Positions 54,174-64,000 of a stretch of DNA of 64,000 bases are shown one piece after another; within the stretch, counting starts at the first letter, position 1, and the number at the start of each line of letters is the position of its first letter. Made by a program: the position numbers and the translations under genes. The notes under the pieces are model-generated. The model did no database searches, was not told the DNA's origin, and saw only the letters and a list, made by a program, of their open reading frames with translations. Origin of the DNA: Octopus vulgaris. Lineage: Eukaryota. The stretch spans positions 106,454,001 through 106,518,000 of the forward strand of contig OX597814.1 of assembly GCA_951406725.2 (NCBI GenBank). Direction: 5' to 3'.

Positions 54174-55510
54174 AAGGTTGTCAAGAAAGTTCTTGTGGCT
54201 TTTAACCTTTAAATTTAGATGCACATATCTCGGCTCAAACAAAACATTGTTAATCAAAGTAAACACCATCAGAATCAACACACGTTTGCCAACGCGATAC
54301 AAGTTTATTTATGCCAGTAGCGTAAAAATCCTGCGTTCTGGTGGCGATTAAGTCGTTGAAGGCATGATTGATTGATTGATTCTAGTTTCAGCTCATGAGC
54401 TGTGGCCATGCTGGGGCACCGCATGTTTGGCATTGTTTTGGTTTTTGAAGCATTTCTCACGCAGGAAGTTGTCGAGATGCTTGAAAAAGCAACAGTCGGT
54501 AGGCGAAAGGTCTGGTGAGTATGAAGGATGAGGCAGAGTTTCGTAGCCCAATTCGTTCGACTTCTGCAGGGCCAGTTGTGCGACGTGTGGACGAGCGATG
54601 TCGTGGAGAAGAATTGGTCCTTTTCTATTGACCAATGCTGGCTGTTACTGTCAGAGTTTCTTATGCATTTCATTCATTTGCTGAAGGTATTTCTCTGCCG
54701 TAATGTTTTCGCCTGGATCCAAAAAGCTGTGATGGATGAGACCACCAAATTGTCCCCATGACCTTCTTTTGGTGCAACTTTGGTTTCGGGAAGTGCTGTG
54801 GAGCTTCGTCGGTGTCCAACCACTGAACTGAGCGTCGCCGGTTGTAAAGAATCCACTTTTCATCGCAAGTCACAATCCGGTTCAGAAACGGGTCGTCCTT
54901 ATTGCGTAAATGAAGGGAAAACGACACTTCAAAACGGCGTGTATTTTAAATATTTTTTTGGTTGTCGTTCAGTTCCTGCGGCACCCATTTCTCAAGTATT
55001 TTTATTGTTCCAGTCTATTTCAAGTGGTTAGAAATTGTCGTGTACGTTACGTCTAATTCAGAAGTAAGCCCTCGAACAGTTGTGCCGGGATAGGCTTCGA
55101 CTAAGGCTCTTAGTTGATTGTATCCAACATCGGATGGTCGACCACTACGCTGATCATCTTCAAGACTCTCGTCGCCGCTACGAAATTTCTTGGACCACCA
55201 TTGTGCTGTACGTTCATTAGTGGTCGCTGGGCCAAACGCATCGTTGATATCGCGAGCTGTTTCAGCAGCTTTTCGGCCTAGCTTGAACTGGAATAAGAAA
55301 ATTGTGCAAATTTGCTTTTTGTCCCTGTTGTAATCAACGTTTCGGAAAAAATGGTCTAATTATTCAAAAAGGAAAAGAGTGACACGATTAGATAGTGCGA
55401 AAAACGGGCTTTAAAATGATAAAATCAAAGTAATTGAACGAAAATTAATATTAAAATACATCATTTAAAACCAAAATTAAAAGTTCCGCAAGGATCTTCT
55501 TGACAACCTA
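54173..55510 (-). mobile_element. Mariner transposon, full length, decayed
   Basis: TIRs AGGTTGTCAAGAA... / ...TTCTTGACAACCT and peptides [51 protein letters not shown] short SINE tail is inserted at ~54365-54423. Confidence 0.92.
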
Positions 55511-55580
<70 letters not shown>

Positions 55581-55649
55581 GTGGGTCCCGGGTTGATTCG
55601 GGGTTAACCACAGTAAGTAAGGTACTCAATACATAGCAGAGTAAAATTA

Positions 55650-55796
55650 ATTTATTATATAGAAGGAGCTTCTACAGGACTAGTACTGTTTCATTCAAGA
55701 GAAATCTTCAGGAAGCTCCTGAAGCTCCTGCTTCCTGAAGATTTCTCTTGAATGAAACAGTACTAGTCCTGTAGAAGCTCCTTCTATATAATAAAT

Positions 55797-55797
<1 letters not shown>
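55650..55797. repeat. Perfect fold-back with mirrored hammerheads (55730-55778 plus; 55668-55716 minus)
   Basis: GCTTC-CTGAAGA-TTTC(TCTT)GAAT-GAAA-CAG(TACTAGTC)CTG-TA-GAAGC; stem II weak; flanked by (TA)n. Confidence 0.75.
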
Positions 55798-55848
<51 letters not shown>

Positions 55849-55900
55849 GATATACATACACACATGCACACATACATACATACATACATACATACATACA

Positions 55901-55929
<29 letters not shown>

Positions 55930-55931
<2 letters not shown>

Positions 55932-56515
55932 CAAAAGTAAATGTAACAGACAGGATATTAATGTTTGGGATAGAAGGACAAAGGTAGGTACCATTATAGA
56001 GGTCAGCTGCCCTGCAGATATAAATATCTGTTTAAAAATCAAAGAAAAGAGAGGATATCTGTGGACAACTGCTTCGAAACCTCCAGCTTCTATATCCAGA
56101 CTATGAATTCATATTCATACCAATAATAATTGGAGCACTAGGTTTTGTTAGTAAATGCTTAAAGGAGAATCTGGTTAAACCAGGATTTTCAGAAAGAGAA
56201 ATCGACCAACTAATTCGTACATTATAAGTACAATCTGTGAGTGGAACAGTAAAAATATGCAAGACTTTTCTCAAGTTCCAAATGTGAATTTGTCTGTGTT
56301 AACTGCATCCCAAAGATGGAGCCTCGTATCTTTGTTGGAAACTAGCTCCCTCCTCAGTGGAAGATTTATAATAATTTAAAAAACAGAAGAGACATACAAA
56401 CAAAAAGTACCCTGTTTTTAATTTTGAAATTCCAATGAAGGAGCCTTGGATCAAGGTTAGAAAACGGCTCTTTCTGTATTGGCAAGAAATTTTGAAATAA
56501 AACATCAGAATAATG
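55930..56515 (+). mobile_element. R4/Dong-like non-LTR retrotransposon 3' end (restriction-like endonuclease remnant + 3' UTR) in (CATA)n
   Basis: NRQDINVWDRRTKVGTIIEVSCPADINICLKIKEK / GQLLRNLQLLYPDYEFIFIPIIIGALG...GTVKICKTFLKFQM*; AATAAA near 56497; (CATA)n on both sides. Confidence 0.75.
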
Positions 56516-56958
56516 ACATGCATACATACATACATACATACATACATACATACATACATACATACATACATACATACATACATACATACATACATACATA
56601 CACACATACACACACATACACACATACATACGTACATACACACATACATACACACATACATATACACATACATACAAACATACACAAACATACACAAACA
56701 TACATACATAGCATGCACACATACAAACATACATCCATACAGACACACACGAACACAAATATGCACATACATACATACACACATATGCTTATACACACGT
56801 GAGTGGATACTCATATGAGAGCGTTTATGAACATGTGTGTTCATGTAGGTGCACGTGTATCTGTGTGACGGAGAGAGAGAACTGGAGTCCCGTCAATTTC
56901 CAATATACATCCACTTATTTACAGTGGGCGGACAGGTGCCCTTACCCTATTTGTTGTT

Positions 56959-57004
56959 AACACAACGTTTCGGCTCATGTAATCTCCAGCCTTCATCAGG
57001 TGTT
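56959..57004 (-). ncRNA. Minimal type I hammerhead; inverted partner at 57643-57688 (plus, A15.1G)
   Basis: AACAC-CTGATGA-A-GGCT(GGAGATTACATG)AGCC-GAAA-CG-TT-GTGTT. Both copies lie in ~120-bp diverged inverted repeats (56950-57066 and 57579-57697). Confidence 0.85.
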
Positions 57005-58003
57005 CTGGTGGAATTTCGAACCCAACCCTTTATTTGACTAATAGGGTACTCTGTTCTCATTCGTAGGCTATTCTTGCTTTTATTTCCTGGTGTAATATTT
57101 TTCTGATGATACAAAAGACATTCGGTCCATGTGATACCATGACAGTATTCAGAAGTAATACACTTCAGAAATATCTTCACCGAATAAATCCACCCATAGA
57201 AGAGAATGTGACCAAAAACTGCGTGTAGCCCATCCCATGCAGCTGTGGTTGGTTATACAAAGGTGAAACATTTCTCCTCCTTCCATGTGGGGATGAAGTA
57301 AACACCACTGGAAAATACGAAAATCAAAAGAGGCAGCAGATATGCTAGGACATAATAACCCCCTAAACAGACCGAGTGCGGATATGAATGTAATAAGGGA
57401 ACCAGTATTAAGAAAAGATAAAATACTAGGTTTATAAACCCTAAAAATCCACTCTATACTTGCCTATGAGCATATAGCGTAGTAGATAAGAGCGCAAGCT
57501 GTAATCCTCGGATTATAAGTTCAATCCCAGGCAGGGATAAAAAATAAAATCATCAAAAAAAGAAAATTAACAAAATATCTTAGGAATGAGAAGAGAGTAC
57601 CCCATTAGTGTAATAAAAGGTTGGGTTCGAAATTCCACCAAGAACACCTGATGAAGGCTGGGGAGTACATCAGCCGAAGCGTTGTGATAACAACAAACAA
57701 GGGGAGGACAAATATCCGTCTATTGTAAATAATGGACATAATTCCTCATCTCAGGATTATAGATTTAGTTATACATTTACTTACCTAGATATTCCTGTCT
57801 ATGCTTGTAGCGTTGCACTAAATTGTATTTGTCTGTGCATGCCTGGTACGTGCGTGTGTCTGTCTATGCGCTTGCGTTTGTGTATGCTTGAAGATATATA
57901 CATATAAAGGAAAATTCGTTTGAAAACGCACCTGAATCTAAAAAAATCTGTAGACGTTTTTAATAGTTTTATTCACACACCAAACTAATTTTTGCTTATC
58001 AAT

Positions 58004-58044
<41 letters not shown>

Positions 58045-59231
58045 AGGGTGGGGTGAGGAGGGTTTAAAGCTACAAGGTAAAAATTGGACAAACATACTTA
58101 AATTATGAAGTGTTCAAATATATATTAACAGAATGAGATAAAAAAAATCCAAAGCTGTGAATAGTTTTCAGAACATTTATTAAGAGAAGGTATTACAGCT
58201 GTTTCTGGGATATTTTATATATCCCTTCATCTGAGACGGTGTGAGTAAATGTTTAAGTAAAAGTTATTATGGAGAAGATATGAAATACAGAGTGAAGTGG
58301 ATGAATGAAAACAGACGTAAGACACATGAGGATATTGTATCTGCAGTTTCATTATTTAAGCAGAATGGTGCATATAGAAGTTTCCTGTACCTTGTGTGTG
58401 AGTTTCAATGATGTTTATAATTGGTCCTTCGAAGCAGTGTCCTGTAAACGGTGTTATTCGATCGAGGGTTTTTTTTAAGTGACTTAAAGAGAGAGAGAGA
58501 GATGTGGGTGTATATGAGAGTCTCATTGTATGTTGGTGCATACGTGTGTGTTTGTGTGCATATGTATATATTATTGTATCATAGTGTTATGTATTCCAAG
58601 ATATTCTAAAATATTTTCTTAAAGCAATCAGTAAAGAGAGAAAATATGCGTCAATAGTTTTGAAAATATAATTAGTTGTTCTGTGGCATCACGTGAAACG
58701 AATGTTGGTCTGCATACGCTTGACAGCACTCTCAAATATCCACAGACACACACACACACATACGCACACACCACAAACAACACTCAGTCATGTCTATTCA
58801 AGCGTATATGCATACATACATGTACATACATTTGTGAGTACACATGCAGACTTTTAAAACAAAAGCTGTGAAAAGTATTGTCTATGTGCATGTGTACATG
58901 TTTGTGTATGCGATTGGTGTATGTGCTCGCGACCAAATGCTTGTGTGTGTGTATGCGTGAGTATGTGCGTGCATGTGTGTGTGTGTGTGTATTCCGAGTA
59001 AATATCGCTGTGCGTATATTTGTGTTCGTTTCGCCACGAACATCATCAGAGATGGTAAGAAGATCTAACGTGATGTCAGATGAGAGGATATGATTATTTG
59101 AAGAGAATTGGCAGGGTAAAAAAAAACGAAAAGAAAAGAAAAAAACAAATAGAATGTGTGTTTACCATATATTGGAACCACTTTGGAACAATATATCAAC
59201 GGAAGATCAATAACAGCACTAAATGGTCACC

Positions 59232-59232
59232 G

Positions 59233-59307
<75 letters not shown>

Positions 59308-59461
59308 TTGTTGTTGCTGTTGTTGTTATTGTTGTTGTTGATGGTGATATTTAATTTTTTTTTATTTCCTTCTCATTTTATTTATAAACATCAAAAAGTG
59401 TCCTTTCGTTATACTGGCTTCAGCAATAATAATAATAATGATAATGATGATGATGATGATG

Positions 59462-59510
<49 letters not shown>

Positions 59511-60180
59511 CAAGAACAACAACAGCAGCAACAATAATAATAATAATAATAATATAAAAAAATAAAAGAAGAAGTAAGCCTAACTGTTCACCTGGAACTA
59601 GTGTTGCCGGTTCGACATGGTGCAGCATTTGTTGATGTTGAGCCACCATGTCTATTGTTAACTCATTTCTTTGGAAACACTTAAATTCCCTCTCTATCCA
59701 CCTCTTTCTCTCACTCTCACTCTCCCTTTTCTCTTTTCCTCTGTGTGTGTGTGCGTGTGTGTGTGTGTGTGTGCGTTTGTTCGTTTTGTTTATTATGGCG
59801 TGTGTTGGACAAGCAAAACGACATGTATTTTAAATAACAACAAAACAGCCACAACAACAACAACAACACTTTTTATTTGCCAACGGAGCATAGAAGAGAC
59901 GGACGATGATGATGAAAGTGGTAGTGATGATGATGATGATGATGATGATGTGGAGGAGGAGGAGGAGGAGGAAGATGATGAGGAGTAGGATGATGATGAG
60001 GAGGAGGGGGAGTAGGATGATGACGAGGAGGAGGAGGAGGAGGAGGAGGAAGATGATGATGAGGAGTAGGATGATGATGAGGATGAGAAGGAGTAGGATG
60101 ATGATGAGGATGAGAGGGAGTAGGATGATGATGATGAGGAGGAGGAGGAGGAGGAGGAAGAAGATTATGAAGATGATGGA

Positions 60181-60223
<43 letters not shown>

Positions 60224-60254
60224 CTATCAATTCCACGACTTCTGCTATAAAAAC

Positions 60255-60287
<33 letters not shown>

Positions 60288-60658
60288 TAATGATGATGAT
60301 GTATGTATGTATGTATGTATGTATGTATGTATGTATGTATGTATGTATGTATGCATGCATGCATGCATGTATGTATGTATGTATGTATGTATGTATGTAT
60401 GTATGTATGTATGTATGTATGTGTGTGTGTAGGTAGGTAGTCGGTTCGGCCAGGGTGAATACGTGACTGCTTAAGTCAACATGGCATGAAAACGAAAGTT
60501 GTATCACGAATCCTATTGTGGCGAAATTGTTCTGATTTAATGGTCTAGTCACAAATAATAACCGACATGGCGAGATAGACGGGGCAGGAAGAGAGCTAAT
60601 AATGATAACAACAGCAACAACAATAACATTAATAATAATAATAATAATAATAGATGAC

Positions 60659-60735
<77 letters not shown>

Positions 60736-60909
60736 CAACAATAAGAATAAGAATAAGAAGAATAGATGATGATAATAAATAATGATAATAATTATAATAA
60801 TAATCGTAATAATTATAATAATAGTCACAACAGTAATAACAAAAGAAAAATAATAGACATAACGGTAATAGTATTAGTCGTAACAATTAGATAACAGCAA
60901 TAAAAATTA

Positions 60910-60971
<62 letters not shown>

Positions 60972-61160
60972 TGAGGAGGAGGAGGAGGAGGAGGAGAAGA
61001 AGAAGAAGAAGAAGAAGAAGAAGAAGAAGAAGAAGAAGAAGAAGAAGAAGAAGAAGAAGAAGAAGAAGAAGAAGATATAAATAGCAGTACTAATAAAAAT
61101 GCTACTAATAATAACACAGCAACAATTGCAATAACAACAACAGCATCAACAACAACCAAC
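59232..61160. repeat. Cluster of tri- and tetranucleotide microsatellites (TTG, AAT, GAT, GAG, TATG, GTA, GAA)
   Basis: Directly visible simple repeats. Confidence 0.9.
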
Positions 61161-61862
61161 AACATTTTACCGCAGCGGCGACAACAATAAAGATGGCGAC
61201 GATGAAAAGCTAATGCAAGCAACAGCCTGAAAATATTACATCGACTGCTGTTATTGGTTATTGAAATAGGAAGATGAAATTTAATCAAAAAGTCAACGAC
61301 AAAAGGATATTCTATTCAGACGGTAACAAATGAAAGAAAGAGAAACTGGTGGTTGTGAAATCGAATTTGTCACAGTTGTAAACTCCAGTGTTTGTTTGAA
61401 TAAGTTTAAAACAGTTGATCAAAAGTAACAATACCAACCATTGTTGTGGGAGAGGGATTTTACAAAGAGGCCCTTTGGTCTCCAATTTACTAACTTACTT
61501 ATTGTAGATGTTCAATACAATCAAATATAACATTAAACACACACACACGCATCTACATAAGTGTGTGTGTGTGTGTGTGTACATGCATATATACATGTGT
61601 GTCTGTCCATATATATATATATATATATGCAACACAGATATTTCTAAAGCCTCGTTTATGTACACAGAATTATCTAAAAATAACAGCGTACCTACTCACA
61701 GACTTGTGTTATTGTAAAGAAATATATATATATATATATATGCGGTTATATATTCGTTTTAGTTATATATATATACGTATATTGTTATATAAATATATGT
61801 ATGTAATTATATATATATATATATATGTGAATATATATATATATATATACATATACGTATAC

Positions 61863-61905
<43 letters not shown>

Positions 61906-62222
61906 TTCATATACGTATATATATCTATATATATAAGCTTAAATACATAGACATGTATACATGCATGTTTGTATGTATGTACGCATGCATAACACACATA
62001 TATATATGCATATATATATATATATGTATGTATATATGTGTGTGTGTGTGTCTATATATGTGTGTGTGTTTGTGTTTCTCTTTATTTGCGTGCATCTACA
62101 TTATGTGCGCGTGATATAAATGCGCATCGAGTAATTGTTTATTGCTTATATAAGACAACTATTTCTGTCTTTTTCAATTTATATCTATGTGGGCTCCATG
62201 TGCATGTGTGCGTGTATATACA

Positions 62223-62258
<36 letters not shown>

Positions 62259-62264
62259 TATATG

Positions 62265-62307
<43 letters not shown>

Positions 62308-63344
62308 GCTTGATCAAAGAGCTTATACTTAAATATAAAGTAAATATATTTATACTTCTATGATTGTACACATGAAGACATGCACGGAAATGGCCACAAA
62401 CCCACACACAAACCGGTGCATTCGCTCACACCACACGCACAAATGCTGACACGCACTTTCTCTTATATGCATCATTCGTTTGTGTGAGTTTTTGTATATA
62501 CGTATATATTGTTAACTGTGAAAAAGAAATAAATATAGGTCTTTAAAATGACTTTAATAATAAAGCACAGAATGAGATCATTATGGCACAATGTGCCGCT
62601 GGGAAAGACATTGATGTGTGACATTCCCAATTCAATCAAGTATGACCAGACTAGAATGTAATGTTGCCGTGCATGAATGGTAGTTCTTTGTGCCTGCTCT
62701 AGATATGTGGTGTACGTGTAAAATAACCTACAAGATATATCTCTCTCTGTATGATATATGGCAGCATGTGATGTATCTATATCTTCCAGGTTCAATATAG
62801 AAACAAAAGTGAGGCGAGTTAACTTTATGTAAAAGCTGACGAAATATATTTATTATAAATAACAACGAAAACAACAGTTATACACACGGCGTTATACGAA
62901 AATAAGACTTGGCAGCAACTGTGAGATATATAATTCTTTTGTATCTGATGATAATATATTTATACAGAAATCATAAAGTTGTGTTGTATATTGCCAATCC
63001 TTTTATGCACCAATCATAAATGTATGTAGATAACATCAATCATTTTACACACTGGTAATCGTATATTTGCGTGTTTGTCACTAAACCGGTGCTTTTATAA
63101 CGAAATCATCGACTTGTCTGTATACCCCCAACTTGCTTATACACTGCTAACCATAATGCCATACACATTCCTACAAGCAGAAATATGCAGGTACACATTC
63201 ACACATATATACACGCATATGCGCATGTTTGATTCAAACAAAAGTGGCTGACAGTGACTTCGAAGTTCGACTCACATGCTATCATGAAACTGATGACAAG
63301 TAAACCGAAACATTTGAAGTCGCTCTCAAACTTTCCCGTGTAAA

Positions 63345-63778
63345 AGGTGTGGCTGTGTGGTAAGAAGCTTTCTTCCCAACCACATGGTTCCGGGTTCAGT
63401 CCCACCGCGCGGCACCTTGGGCAAGTGTCTTCAACTATAGCCTCAGGCCGGCCAAAGCCTTGTGAGTGGATTTGGTTGAGAGAACGTGAAAGAAGCCCGT
63501 CGTGTGTGTGTGTGTTTCTGCGTGAGTGTGTGTGTGTGTGTGTGTGTGTGTATCTACGTGTATGTGTCGTTATGTTTGTGTTCTCCCCCTCCCATCACCT
63601 CTTGACAACCGGTGTTGGTGTGCTTACATCCCCGTATCTAAGCGGTTCGGTAATAGTAAGTGATAGAATAAGTAATAGACATAGAAAATAAACCCTGGGG
63701 TCGATTCGTTCGACTAAAACCCTTTAAGGCGGTGTCCCAGCACGGCCGCTGTCAAACGACTAAAACAAGAAAAAGAAT
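63345..63778 (+). mobile_element. SINE family A
   Basis: GGTGTGGCTGTGTGGTAAG...GGTTCAGTCCC...standard tail. Confidence 0.85.
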
Positions 63779-64000
63779 TTTTTTTAAATGTGTTCAGCTT
63801 AAATGTATGTGTAATGAAGTTAATTTTCAGCTGGTTATTATAACTTCCTACATACATACATACATACATACATACATACATACATACATACATACACACA
63901 CACATACATACATACATACATACATACATACATGTGAAATATACTTAGAAAATCCCTCTGTTATGGAATACATTCATAAACACCAGCTCAAGGAATACTG

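Noticed and set aside
56432-56482. SECIS-like hairpin (ATGA...AAAA) in the LINE 3' UTR
   Set aside because: Lacks the 3' GA of the quartet; more likely an ordinary 3' UTR stem-loop.
58189-58238. Minus-strand CAGATGA-A-GGGATA..TATCCC-A-GAAA-CAGCTG-TA
   Set aside because: Probably a decayed HHR: stem I does not pair and position 4 is mutated, so it was not called.
59022-59056. Minus-strand CTGATGA...GAAAC hammerhead-like match
   Set aside because: No UH cleavage site and no stem I partner.
62472-62795. 107-aa non-repetitive ORF
   Set aside because: Non-ATG start, no recognisable domain or splice support.

Overview
AT-rich, microsatellite-saturated animal genomic DNA. The SINE families and repeat landscape look like an octopus (cephalopod) genome; that assignment is inferred from recalled sequence, not checked. 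I cannot support any host protein-coding gene: almost every ORF in the track is translated simple repeat. The window contains (i) Penelope-like retroelement (PLE) pieces, including a young 5'-truncated RT + GIY-YIG copy (~16845-19140, minus strand) and two GIY-YIG fragments; (ii) three decayed mariner transposons, two with both TIRs; (iii) a non-autonomous Helitron; (iv) an R4/Dong-like LINE 3' end; (v) many tRNA-derived SINEs. The most notable signal is a dense set of type I hammerhead ribozyme (HHR) motifs, about 20 including decayed and variant ones. They lie in two near-identical non-coding tandem arrays (505-bp and 492-bp units) that each end in a fold-back inversion next to (TA)n, and in several smaller fold-back elements. 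These look like non-autonomous, retrozyme-like PLE derivatives. Three of them share a conserved terminal motif, and the HHR cores include apparent compensatory variants of the C3-G8 pair (G3-C8, U3-A8) and a repeated A6U variant. All folds were read by eye and no activity is shown.
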